A program made the translations under genes and the position numbers. Under the pieces are notes generated by a model, which searched no databases, was not told the DNA's origin, and saw nothing but the letters and a program-made list of their open reading frames with translations. Below, piece by piece: positions 1 to 12,332 of a stretch of 64,000 bases of DNA; within the stretch, counting starts at the first letter, position 1, and the number at the start of each line of letters is the position of its first letter. This DNA is from Octopus sinensis (taxonomy: Eukaryota), in contig NC_042998.1 in NCBI RefSeq assembly GCF_006345805.1, forward strand, positions 129,332,001 through 129,396,000, given 5' to 3'.

Positions 1-201
1 ATCATCAATTCAAGATGCATCAAACCTAGCTACACATTCGCCCACTCAATCAACTGACCATCAAATCAACCAGCCAAACAAACTTATTAGATTTCCAGGT
101 AAACAACCATCGAACCATCCGACCTTCCTGACAACCAACAAGCGTGTGCATGTCCTGTATATGAGGACAAGTGCAATAGTATTGGAGAGTAGTGTTTCTA
201 G

Positions 202-330
202 ATAGGACATGGCGCTTCTGCTTATTATTCTTTGCTTTCGTGTTCTGTCACCATCAGTTTCCTTCTGTTGGTCGGTATCCTTTCTGCCACCAAAATCTTC
301 CGAAGGCTTCCCCGTGGCCACATACGATAA
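202..330 (+). other. Possible terminal exon encoding a transmembrane-like C-terminus (unidentified)
   Basis: After gtgtttctAG, frame 1 reads IGHGASAYYSLLSCSVTISFLLLVGILSATKIFRRLPRGHIR*, a hydrophobic stretch followed by basic residues. No homology recognised, and competing open frames exist on both strands. Confidence 0.2.
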
Positions 331-1687
331 ATGGATATCTTGCGGTGCTAGTTTAAGCAGTAGGGGTTTTCGAAGCAGCAGTGAAAAAAATAAGTAGATT
401 TTTTTCCTGACGTCTGTAATCCACTGTACCAGCTATGGGTAAAGGCCATTGGTAAATGGAATTCAACATAGAATAGCAACCAATTTGGGAAGTGGACAAC
501 CCGGACCGAAATAATTGGCGGTACTCGTGCCTAGATCCGTATTTGCATGTCACTCGAATGTTTTGAGGTAACGAGCGGATAAGTGTTAAGCATAAATTGC
601 CCTGAGCAAGTCTCCAATGACTTGTGTCACGCGATTCTTAAAGAGAACTGTAACGATTAACAGTGGCAAAAACATATGATGCAATAATTCTTCACTTCCT
701 GTGTTTTCACTCGTTGCCTCCAGTCATGTCCTGTGATCTCAAATGTTCCCTCCAGGCATATTATATTTTCTCTATTGGTACCTTGAGTATTTTCACCTCT
801 CGATACGTATGGTATGGAAAACGTAGATAGCTTCAGGCATCAGACGGGAAGAGACGTTAAATGTGACGGAGACTGGATCATAACTCAAAAATAAACATTT
901 AAACTTTATATATTGCCTATATATAATCTTTGTTTCTGTGGCTGCGCTATTAAATCTGGAAATAAGTAGCGTATTACAAATAACTATTATACAGAAAAAT
1001 AGCCATTTGTGTGAGGGATTATCACATACCTAACGCATACAAGATATGCTCCTGCTACATATCGTCCAACGAACGAGTGAACAAACCAACCAACCAACCA
1101 ACCAACCAACCAACCAACCAACCAAAACCATACATACTTACTTAACTAACTTACTACGATATGGTGTGTGTGTGTGTGCGTGCGTGCATGTGTGTGTGTG
1201 TGTGTGTCTGTGTGTGTGTGGGTGTGTGTGTGTGTGTGTGTGTCTAGGTTCTCGTCGTAAATGTCTGCCATTGATCGTACAACAAACACGGCTAATTATA
1301 TTCACCTTAGTAATTATTAAACTATATAGAATACAATACACCACAGATAAGCGCTCTGCTACTTTAGCAATACTAAAGGAATATTCAATCTCTATTCTGC
1401 TTTTTACTCTTAATGCACGTCTTATAGAGCAAAGCAGGGAAATATTGCTTATGTTGATGATAGTTATGGTTGTAGCGATGGTAGTGAAAGCGGGAGATGT
1501 GGAATGGTTGAGAGGGTCTGCATTGAAAATTCCTTAAATGAAACTCCATTCTTAGCTTCCACTTTCATATATCATTCGCCCATTTACCATTTTCTTACCA
1601 TCTACTTTTGAAAAGGGAGGATTTCATAAATACAATCTACGTATTGCGTAGTACCCCCTACCTCTGAATTTTGGATATGGAATAGGT

Positions 1688-1784
<97 letters not shown>

Positions 1785-1821
1785 GAATGCGTGTACAAAT
1801 GATATAGACGTATATGTATAT

Positions 1822-1860
<39 letters not shown>

Positions 1861-2170
1861 ATATATATATTTATATATATAGTATATATATATATATGTG
1901 TGTGTGTGAGTGGTGTGTGTGTGAGCGTATGTATATTCATATATTTGTATATATGTATACATACAGGCACAATATATGCACGTGTGCCAGCTTATACAGA
2001 CAGATTATACACACACATACAAATATATATATATGCTTATTCATTTTGTATTTGCATATTCATTCTTCGAAAATATGCATGTGGTATGTTCATGCTTCTA
2101 ACTAAACATCTGCATACGTTTATGCATCTGTGAGCGTGTGCATATATATATGTACATACATACATACACA

Positions 2171-2241
<71 letters not shown>

Positions 2242-2768
2242 TATATATGCATATGTATATGTACGCATGTATGCATATGCAGTAGTGCCATTCTCATGTA
2301 CTTCGACGCTAGTCTTAATATCATCACAATGAATAATTCCTAAACTAGCTTTTATCCCTTTCACTAAAAGCATTTCTGAAATGCCTTGTTCCAATGCTCT
2401 TATTTCTTCCAATGTGACTGTCATAATTGTTCAGTAATTACCGAAATCTCTGCGCTCCTCATTATAATTCAACATTAAATGCAAAGCATAATGTGTTACT
2501 GATTGCAGTGCATTAAACACAGGTGTACACACGCATATAATACGCAAACACAATGAACTCATGACATATTTATATATACGTACGTACATACATACATATA
2601 TAAATATATATATATATATATGCATATATATATATATATATGCATATATATATATATGAATATAGTTATATATGCATATAATATGTTCTCTCTCTCTATA
2701 ATATATTATATACAAATATACATACATACATATATATATATTTATATATATATATATATATATATATA

Positions 2769-2817
<49 letters not shown>

Positions 2818-3230
2818 CATACATGCCATACATACATATATTTACGCATAATGTATATATGTATATTTTATCTATATATATATATGTATATTATATATAT
2901 ATATATTATATAGATATATATATATATATATAATACACACATATGTATATGTATATGCATTGAAATTCACGTAAATATTGGAACTCACATTATATGTCGG
3001 CCGCCGTATATACATGTATGACGTTATTCGCTCGTTTACACACCGACTCAGACCATCGCGCATATTCGCACACATATAAATACACGGATATACATATTCA
3101 TAATGTATGCGTAAACACATATATTACATACGTAAATACATAGATGATGAATATATTATAACTATAAATGTGAATGCATCATGCGGTTACGCACGTGTGA
3201 GTGTATATATATATATAAACGCATATACCA

Positions 3231-3410
3231 GAAACTCGAGTCCGTGTGTATCATGTCGGATTGAAGATGGGAAGGATGGCTTCCCTTTGCAAATACTGAT
3301 AAGGCACAGAAAGTGTGTCAATAGACAGCTGGAGGAGGTGTCCTCCTGGGGCTACAAGCTACAGTAGCATCCACCCTTAAGGGTTAGCCACATTTAAGTG
3401 GGAAATATAC
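3231..3410 (+). mobile_element. Diverged, 5'-truncated copy of the HHR repeat family at 52364-52991
   Basis: Shares ccctttgcaaatac...cagctggag...ctcctggggc...agctacagta...ggttagcca with the 52.4-53.0 kb units. Starts at the 3' half of the ribozyme (GAAACTCGAGTC). Confidence 0.75.
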
Positions 3411-3467
3411 TTCACGATGTCGTGAAGCCACTGTTTATACCTCGCTCATAGATTGATATTATATATA

Positions 3468-3502
<35 letters not shown>

Positions 3503-3505
<3 letters not shown>

Positions 3506-3568
3506 CGGGAAGCTTTGAAAATAGACAAAAGACGAAGGCAGGTGGGAAACAAACAAACAATTGTATTA
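3503..3568 (-). mobile_element. 3' end fragment of the repeat family seen at 5600-5880
   Basis: Reverse complement matches caattgtttgtttg...ccacctgccttcgtcttttgt...aagcttcccgtt at 5780-5872. Confidence 0.8.
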
Positions 3569-3628
3569 AATATATATATATATATATATAATATCATACA
3601 TAGAAATAAATAGATCAACAGTTAGGTT

Positions 3629-3695
<67 letters not shown>

Positions 3696-3902
3696 GGATA
3701 GATAGATAAAGTGATGGATAGATAGATTCGCTAAGATCTATGTTTATGTCAATACATGTGAACATATGTTCATATGTATATGTGAAATACATATTTTGCA
3801 CATTTGCTGATACGTGTATATGTATAATTACGCACCCATCCAAACACGCAATTCACCTCCAAACACTCTCTCTTTGTCAGTTTGTCTGTCTGCCGGTCGC
3901 TT

Positions 3903-3934
<32 letters not shown>

Positions 3935-4419
3935 CACACACTGAAACACGTTATTAGTGCTTCCATATAATAATAAATTGTTATCTATCTGTCTATCTGT
4001 CTATCTGTCTGTCTGTCTACCTATCTATCCATATATCTATGTTTCTTTATCTTTGTGTATACATGCATGTATTCGTCAATTTGAGTCTGTGTACTTTATA
4101 GACATACGTGAGTGTGTGTGTATATACAGACATAAGTCTATATTATATATTTGGTATGTATTTATATATGCATGAATATTGATTATATATTTTACAAATA
4201 CATATATCTATGTAGTTATTTCTGTATATGAATTTTAATTATACATTTTTATTCATACTTTATACATGTATCTATATACATATAAGTACATACACATATA
4301 GTATATGTGTGTTGTGTGTGTACATATACACATACATACATAAATACATACACATACATACATACATACATACATACATACATACATACATACATAAATA
4401 CATACACATACATACATAC

Positions 4420-4473
<54 letters not shown>

Positions 4474-5221
4474 ATGTATATATATACTTATGTGTGTGCG
4501 TATCTGTATGTTATATGCGAACACTCGTTCATAAGAAACACATTTCAGCTACACTATTTTTCGTTATAACATTTTGTCTCACATCGCTTCATAAATGCCC
4601 ATTTTTAAAATTAATTGTAAATATATTATCTCTTCTCTGGGAGGTGAAACCAATCTTGACCCTTGACTAATTTGAAATCAAAAGCATAAAAGTATCTTGT
4701 CCACCTGATCTACATCTCCTCAAATTTCCACTATGTAAATCGCGATAGATTGTAGCTGATACGATGCAGTGACGTTTACTTATCCATCTATCTGTTTGTC
4801 TGTCTCTTTCTCTGTCTGTCTGTCTCCCTCTCTATGGATATTATATATATATATATATATATATACGAGTGTGTTTGTGTACGTGGATGCGTGTATGTGA
4901 ATGCATACATGAAGTTAAATGAACGTATGTATGTAGGTCTGAAGGGTCGTCAATATTACCAAGTGCAATATTCGGGGTGAAACCGTATATAACATTCTGA
5001 ACAATTAAATTCCATAACCATAATATACTTGTCGATTATATAAAAAAAAAACCCAAAATGTGAAATGGCTGAATCCAAAGATTAGGATAGACTGGTTTGC
5101 GGTATTCGTTTTCAGTCTCTGTGCTCTGAGACCAACTTTGCAGTTCATAATTTCGGGGCTGCTACCAGACCATTTTGAAGTTGATTTTTCTCTCCCACAT
5201 CTTTCTTTTCGTATGTACTCA

Positions 5222-5253
<32 letters not shown>

Positions 5254-5462
5254 ACTCTGGCTCTGTCTGTCGCTCTCACTCTCTCTCTTTCTCTGCTTTT
5301 TCTTTTGGAAGAAACCTGTAGTGGTAGATTTGAAGAGTCCTCCGAGAGACTTCAGGTTGCCTAAATGGCATCGTATATCACGGCAACATCCCAGAGAAAT
5401 TCTATCATGAGTTGACGTGTATGGAGTAAATGTATTATATATATATACTACTATATATATAT

Positions 5463-5499
<37 letters not shown>

Positions 5500-5706
5500 T
5501 ATGAATGTATGTATATATGTATATATATATATATACTGTTGTGCCTGGAGAGAGTCATTTTCTTTTTGTGCCTCATAATTTACACACTCACAGCTAAAAT
5601 TTCCACTTATTTCTTATTTTTAATTTTCCCAAAATATTCGTTACGTCTTGCAACCTTTTCAATATCCTATATATACATATATATATATATGTTTCTTTTC
5701 TGTGTA

Positions 5707-5744
5707 TCTTTCTGTTGAAGAGCGTAGGCTCGAAACGTAAAAGA
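5707..5744 (+). ncRNA. Minimal type I hammerhead-like motif with variant core, inside a dispersed repeat
   Basis: UCUUU (stem I) CUGUUGA A GAGC-GUAG-GCUC (stem II) GAAA C GU A AAAGA (stem I'). Stems I and II pair perfectly and stem III is the palindrome ACGU. The core has A6U and an extra A. Confidence 0.5.
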
Positions 5745-5947
5745 CTTGTTTCATTTATATTCCTGAGCGCCATACTAATACAATTGTTTGTTTGTATTCC
5801 ACCTGCCTTCGTCTTTTGTTTATTTCCGTAAACCTGCCTTCGTCTTTTGTTTATTTCATAAAGCTTCCCGTTTATATATATATATATATATATATAGAAT
5901 ATATATATCTATGTCCTAGATATTATATTGTGTGTATATAAATATTA

Positions 5948-5990
5948 TACGAGGGGGTGCTGAAAGGTTCCTGGCTTTGGGTAAAATAAT
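5948..5990 (+). mobile_element. Isolated mariner-type terminal inverted repeat fragment
   Basis: TA followed by CGAGGGGGTGCTGAAAGGTTCCTGGCTTT, resembling mariner TIRs. No partner TIR found. Confidence 0.45.
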
Positions 5991-6002
5991 ACAGGAGGAA
6001 TA

Positions 6003-6420
6003 AGAATCAACAGCATGGAAGAAGACATAGCTTATAATAAAAAGAACTTCTGGTGGAATGTCCCAGTGAAGACCTCAATAAAACGTAAGTACAACAGACC
6101 TGATATAATGATTTGGGATAGAGAAGAGAAACTTTGTACAGTTGTGGAAATTTGCTGCCCAGCGGATGTTAATATCAGTGAAAAAGAAAATACCTACGCT
6201 GGACTATTGAAAAATCTGTAGTTACTCTATCCAGATTACAAGTTCAGGTTTATACCTGTAATTATTGGGGCCCTCGGATATGTAACATGCTGCTAACATA
6301 CCAATCATGAGCAATTAGGCTTCACAAAACTAGAAAGGAGAAAGCTAATTCGAAGTCTACAGATCCAATCCATCACTGGAACTGTAAAATCTGTAAAACT
6401 TTCTAGAAGTTTTTCATTTA
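6003..6420 (+). mobile_element. R2-superfamily (Dong/R4-like) LINE fragment, restriction-like endonuclease region
   Basis: Translates RPDIMIWDREEKLCTVVEICCPAD...FIPVIIGALGYV, the PD-(D/E)xK endonuclease and GALG motifs. Contains stops. Confidence 0.85.
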
Positions 6421-6524
6421 AATATATATGAGCACATCTAGATATGCAACTATATACATACATACATACATACATACTACATACATACATACATACATAC
6501 ATACATACATACAAACAAATATAC

Positions 6525-6640
6525 TTCGATGTTGATGTTGCGAATTCCAATGAAGGAGCCTTGGAACAAGATTAGAAACCGATTTGTTCTCTATTGGCAA
6601 GAAATCTTGAAATAAAACTGAACAATGACATACATACATA
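6525..6640 (+). mobile_element. Unclassified repeat 3' end with (CATA)n tail; second copy at 47030-47140
   Basis: aatgaaggagcctt...ttagaaacc...ctctattggcaagaaatcttgaaataaaactgaa is shared by both copies. Confidence 0.75.
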
Positions 6641-7559
6641 CATGCATACATAAACCACACACACACACTATATATATATATTTGTAAGAACTTATTGTGG
6701 ATATATAATATATATGTATATATATATACACTATATATATATAGAATGTAAGAACTTATTGTGGACATATATATATATATATAATATATATATATTATAT
6801 ATATATATATATATATATTATAATATATATATATATCAGTGTGTGTACCTGTGTGTCTGTGTGTTATAAGGCTGCTTGGAAATATAGAAAATAAAGTTGA
6901 AAAAAGAGAAAGTGAGAGTATGGATATACTGAAAGAAAAAGAGTAAAAAGAAAAAAAATAACAAATATGTAGAATGACAGAGTAGAATTTAGAGATCAAA
7001 GTAAAAGGAAAAAGGGAAATGATACAATGAGAAGAAGAGAAAGTTAAAAAAGCAATTCAACGGTCGTAAATATTTCATTTGGCCTTTTACACCGAAGACG
7101 CATATTTTTGAAGTGAGACATGAAGGGGAAAAAGAACGGTAGATATTTGACAATTACTTACCTCTCAAAACGCATTAGTGACATGACTCAAGTGAAAAGA
7201 TTCAAGAGGGAATTGAAATCGCAGCTTTCTAGACAGCCCCACTTTTTTTTTTAGTCTCTACACTAATTTCGTTACAAGACTTCTAAATTGTAGCTTGATG
7301 AGGTCCTTTACATTTGTAATTAACTATTCATATTTGCATTGACGCCAGCTCGGTTACGTATGTATATATGCATGCATGCATGCATGCATGTATGTATGTA
7401 TGTATGTATGTATGTATGTATGTATGTATGTATGTATGTATTTATGTATGTATGTACGTATGTATGTGTGTAAATATATAATATATATATATGTATATAT
7501 ATGTATTTACATGTGTGTATATATGTGCATATATATACCCTATAGTAGCATGCATATGC

Positions 7560-7594
<35 letters not shown>

Positions 7595-7802
7595 TATGCA
7601 TGTACATTCATACATGCATACATATGTATATATGTACATTATATGTATATATATGTATAAGGGTGGAAAGGAACACACGAGTTGATATAATGTTTTTTTC
7701 ATATATATATATATATATATATAGATTATAAGATATATATATATATATATATAACATATACATACACACACACACTTATATATATATATATATATTATAT
7801 AT

Positions 7803-8420
7803 GGTATTGGTTGGTGATGAAGTTCGTAACATTTTTAAGTAAAAACCAGTAGCAATATTTAGACAGTTGTACATACCTTTCCTTAACCACACATTTTTCA
7901 TTTTGTTTCAGTATCTTTTGCCACCTTTGAGGCAGCTACAAGACTTCATCCTCCCAGAAATTAGCACCTTTCTTGGTCATGAACTGGTCTAAGTAGATTT
8001 TTACACTCTTTTAAAGACTATTTAAGAGAATTTTGCAGGGATCATAATAAATGATAATCCAAAGGTGCAAGGTTAGGTGAGTCCGATGGGTGTGGTAGTA
8101 CATCCCATCCAAGCTGCACCAATTTCTGCTTGATTTGCAAAGAAATATGCGGTTCAGCGTTGTCCTGATGTAAGACGACACCCATTCGGTTGACCAATTC
8201 TCGATGTTTTGCATCGATTTCTTCTTTTTTGTCTAATTGGTCTAATTGGGAACTGTAATAATTAGAATATAAAGTCGGATTTTGTGAGAATAGCTCGTAA
8301 TACACAATGCTTTTCCAATCCCACCAGATAGAGAGTATCGCTTTTTTCGGATACAGACCAGCTTTGGAAATATTGAAGGCAGTTCATCTCGTTTTCCCCA
8401 GCACCTTTTTTTCATTTTAT
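7803..8420 (-). mobile_element. Mariner (DD34D) transposase remnant, 3' half with right TIR
   Basis: VVLHQDNAEPH...WDVLPHPSDSPNLAPLDYHLL match the mariner HDNARPH and YSPDLAPSDY motifs. A TIR-like end and TA lie near 7803. Frameshifted. Confidence 0.9.
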
Positions 8421-8453
8421 GCATGCATGTATATATGCAAGTACATACATATA

Positions 8454-8966
8454 TCTATATATATAAAACTGTAGTTGTGTGAGTGTCTATCCCCTTCGAT
8501 TTAGATTCCTAACTACTCCCACATTTTGCGGTGCAGTTTAACCAAATTCGGGTATCTTATAGTCGTGATTCATATCGAGCCCGTCTGAGTATTAGCGCGC
8601 GTCTACGATGAGTCTACGATTTTAAAATATTTAACATCATTTTTTATTCCATTTTAATGCATAATTTTTCGTGTGTCGATGGCGGCGGAGTTGGCGTCCA
8701 TGGTCACACCTGCACCTGTTTGCTTCTCCCCCTTCTTCCCTCCCTCGTGAAGCTGTGGGGAAGGGAGTGTAAGGAAATCAACGTCGTAAAGCGTTGTCAA
8801 GGAGACCAGCGTTCTTTTAGAACAACGACTTCATGGCTTGAAAACACCAAAACAGAAATGGCTAAGAAAGCCCGAATTGCCATCTATAAGGGAAGTAACT
8901 CTCTAAAAATGCTTATATAGTTTATTTCCTTACAAACCCGAGCAACGCCGGGCGATACTGCTGATA

Positions 8967-8967
<1 letters not shown>
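8454..8967 (+). mobile_element. Non-autonomous Helitron-like element
   Basis: 5' A|TC start (TCTATATATATAAAACTG), 3' hairpin CCCG-agcaacgc-CGGG (8937-8952), and an end near CT(GA)TAG|T. Inserted in TA-rich DNA without a TSD. Confidence 0.65.
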
Positions 8968-9002
<35 letters not shown>

Positions 9003-9275
9003 ATATATATATATAATATATGATATAGTGTGTGTGGGGGGGGTATGTATACATATGCATATATATGTATATACAATCCATTTCTCAGTAAACGTTTCAT
9101 TCTTTCTAAAAGTGGATTCATTTTCTTTCGTCTGAAAAGAGAATCGCTCTATTAATTTTATTTACGTTAAGTTATGAGGCACCGAAACATAGCGATTCGG
9201 CCATAACCCAGTGACTGGAACAAGTAAAAAGTAAAAGATATATATACATACATATATTACATACATATATATATA

Positions 9276-9317
<42 letters not shown>

Positions 9318-9395
9318 GTGTGTGTGGTGTGTGTGTGTGTGTGTTGTGTGTGTGTGTGTGTGTGTGGGTGTGTGTGTGTGTGTGTGAGTGTGCTC

Positions 9396-9670
9396 AGGCG
9401 TAGCTCTGTGATAAGACGCTTGCTTCCCAACCACAAAGTTTATGGTTCAGTCCCACTGCATGGCATCTTGGGCAAGTGTCTTCTCCTATAGCCACGGGCC
9501 GACCTAAGTCTTGTGGGTAGATTTGCTAGATGGAAATTAAAAGTCCTTCATATGTGTGTGTGTGAGCATGTGTGTGTGTGTGTCCCTTGTGTCCCTGTAT
9601 GTCTCCCCGTCTGTGTTTATCCCTGATCCCTCACCGCCACTTAGCAACCGGTGCTGGTGTGCTTACTTTC
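9396..9670 (+). mobile_element. tRNA-derived CORE-like SINE (family B), 5' part
   Basis: Head GGCGTAGCTCTGTGATAAG (A box), GGTTCAGTCCC (B box), CORE-like CTTGGGCAAGTGTCTTCT. Matches 44505-44875. Confidence 0.8.
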
Positions 9671-9687
9671 CTACAGATATATATATA

Positions 9688-9732
<45 letters not shown>

Positions 9733-9734
9733 CT

Positions 9735-9920
9735 GAGGATCGCGGTTTCCATTCCCAGACCGGCGTTGTACTCTTTCGCCGCAACTTTCTCTCACTCATC
9801 ACTTTCTATTTCTTGAGTAACGCTGCGATGTTCTGACGTCTCGTCCAGCTGGGGGGAACACATACGCCACAGAAACCGGGAAACTGGGCCCATGTGCCTG
9901 GCTACGCTTGAAAAGGGCAA
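9735..9920 (+). mobile_element. Truncated tRNA-derived SINE (family C head with a different tail)
   Basis: aggatcgcggtttccattcccagacc matches the head of the SINE at 51601-51946. Confidence 0.6.
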
Positions 9921-9990
9921 AAAAATATATAATATAAATAATATATAAATGTATGCATATATACATATATATACACGCATATATATATGC

Positions 9991-10672
9991 TTGCTCGTCA
10001 CCGCTAAACTCATGGACACAAGCAACGATTTCTTTACCGAATCGTTACTGGCGACGAAAAATGGTGCCTTTACATCAATATGAATCAGCGTAAAGAATAG
10101 CTTAGCCCCGGTAAACAACCGATACTGCGCGTAAAACAAGATCTTCATCCGCGTAAAACGATGTTGTGCGTATGGTGGGATTGCTTGAACGGAACCAAAC
10201 GGTCAACGCGGAACTCTATGTTCAACAGATGAAACGACTCAACACGGCTCTTCAAGAGAAAAGACCTAATCGTCAATATGGAGTCCTTCTGCTTCACGAC
10301 AACACCCGCCCTCATATCGCCAATATGACCAAGCAAGCCATTCAAATGCATGGCTGGGAAGTGCTGCCACATCTCTGTACTCTCCTGATTTGGCAATGAC
10401 GGATTTCCTCCTCTTTCGATCTCTTTCAAATGCTATGCGCGGAGTTTTGTTCAATACTGATGCAGAATTGAGAGCTTCGTTGGATCAATTTTTCAAGTGC
10501 AAATCAGGTGATTCCAAACAACGTGGTATTGAAAATCTTGTTGAACGTTGGGAAGAAGTTGTAAGCAACAAGGGTGAATACATTATTGATTAATTAGTTG
10601 TTACTATTTTTTATTAAACCTTTTAAAATTTTCGAACTTTAAAAAACGGTGGGAACTTAGTTGTCGACCTAT
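9991..10672 (+). mobile_element. Mariner (DD34D) transposase remnant with right TIR
   Basis: FLYRIVTGDEKW, LLLHDNTRPH, SPDLAMTDFLLFRSL and ...GEYIID* across frameshifts. Ends in aaaaaacggtgggaacttagttgtcgacc+TA. Confidence 0.9.
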
Positions 10673-10828
10673 ACATATATATATAAATGAGAGAAAAACC
10701 ACTATTATGCAATTCAAACAATGATAAACATAAACCAAATCATAAATAAAAAATAAAATATATTTTAAAACAAATAACTAGATCACAAAAAGTACAAAAA
10801 TGAATAGACAATATATAATAAGTAAAGA

Positions 10829-10930
10829 GACTACGTACGTTTCGTGGTTATAATTGAAATTCGAATTACAATTAAATTTAAATTTAATCGAAAAACAATT
10901 CAATTTAAAAGTATAGTCATTCCTCAGGTC
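10829..10930 (-). ncRNA. Type I hammerhead-like motif with a long AT-rich hairpin as stem II
   Basis: Minus strand: GAC CUGAGGA [AUG...hairpin...CAC] GAAA C GUAC GU A GUC. Stem I is GAC/GUC and stem III is the palindrome ACGUACGU. The first stem II pair is A.C. Confidence 0.45.
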
Positions 10931-11329
10931 AACAATAATAACAATAAGAGTTAAATAAATAATCAAATAGAATTAAACTATTTCTTAAAGAAATAAAATC
11001 ATGATTGTTCTTATAGAAGAAACTCCATTAACTAAATGTGAAACTTAAAAGTAAAATCGTTTATAAAATTATTTGCGAAAAAAGAATATTTACATTTATT
11101 AGTGCGGATTTATTTTGAGTATTTATTTGATGTATAATATATTTTTAGTATAAGAGATATTGTAGTCAATGGTTTGTGGTGGTACTTTGTATATTAGTCA
11201 ACATGAGTTTGTATTAAATTAGATTTATTTTAGATGTTTATTTCATTAATAAATATAATTTATTAATGAATATTAATTACATTATAGTTTTCAGATTAAC
11301 TTAAGTATATTAAATTAGTGGTTTGAAAA

Positions 11330-11440
11330 TTGAGACCGATTGAATAAGTACTGTGTTTATATAGAATGCGTCCAGGAGTTGATTTGTTCGAATATAGGCG
11401 GGGATCCAGCGTAACCATATTTATATGAATGAAACAAGTA
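11330..11440 (+). mobile_element. Degraded 3' part of SINE family B
   Basis: gagaccgattgaataagtac...gatttgttcgaa...gaaacaagtaaa resembles 44745-44870. Confidence 0.6.
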
Positions 11441-11894
11441 AATTTGTATAAAGGTAATAGAGAATATAGAATAAATTGTAGTTATATAAATTAATTTAAG
11501 TATGTAGTAAATTTGAGTATATTTGTGTTTTACGTTTTTTCGTAGTAAATTTAGAATTTTTAGGTTTGTAGTGAATATCTTACAGCTTAGTGATTTTATT
11601 CTCTCTTGGTGATTTTATTCTCTTTTTGTTAAGGCTAAAGTATATTTGTAGTTTTCATTGATAAAATGTATATTTCCATCTATTTGTTCTATTTCTTTCG
11701 GCCACGTCTTCACGAGTAAATTTAAACGCTAAGTTATACGTTTTTCGTTTTGAATTTTTTAGTTCATAATATATCTTTGGAGAGATAAGTATACAATTTA
11801 TTTAAGAAATAATAATGTAATCTATATAAGTATTGATTGATAAATATGAATTTCTAATTATTTTTTATTTGTTAATGATAATTTAGATACGTTA

Positions 11895-12070
11895 AACGAA
11901 CCACCCATGTTTCAATAGGTGAATTATCCAAACCTCTAAGAATTCCTTTCAACACACGGCTATGATGCTCCCCCACTACATCTACTCGTGGTCAGACATG
12001 CACATATTGTCAGCAACTAAGGGCCATGGTCAAATTTTATCAGTAGCAAATCGGTGGTATTGAGCAGAAT
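11895..12070 (-). mobile_element. Unclassified interspersed repeat; longer copy at 35905-36215 (+)
   Basis: Reverse complement matches attctgctcaataccac...atatgtgcat...gagcatcatagc...ggaattctt...aacatgggtg at 36020-36205. Confidence 0.75.
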
Positions 12071-12300
12071 ACTATTATTATTATTATTATTGTCAGATTA
12101 CCATAGAAACCACATGGTGATTTCATAAATGGTGACGGTGTAAATTATGAATAAGTGGCTTGTTAGCAAATTTTCAACTGAAAGGCAAAAGTGAGCCACT
12201 GACGAGTATTAATGCGTGTACATATATATATATATTATATATATATATATATATAATATATATAGTATATATATCTATATATATGTAATATATATATATG

Positions 12301-12332
<32 letters not shown>

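Noticed and set aside
5797-5860. Short tandem duplications (also 6683-6770, 11590-11625, 60277-60345)
   Set aside because: Ordinary slippage-type duplications of 15-32 bp with no further structure.
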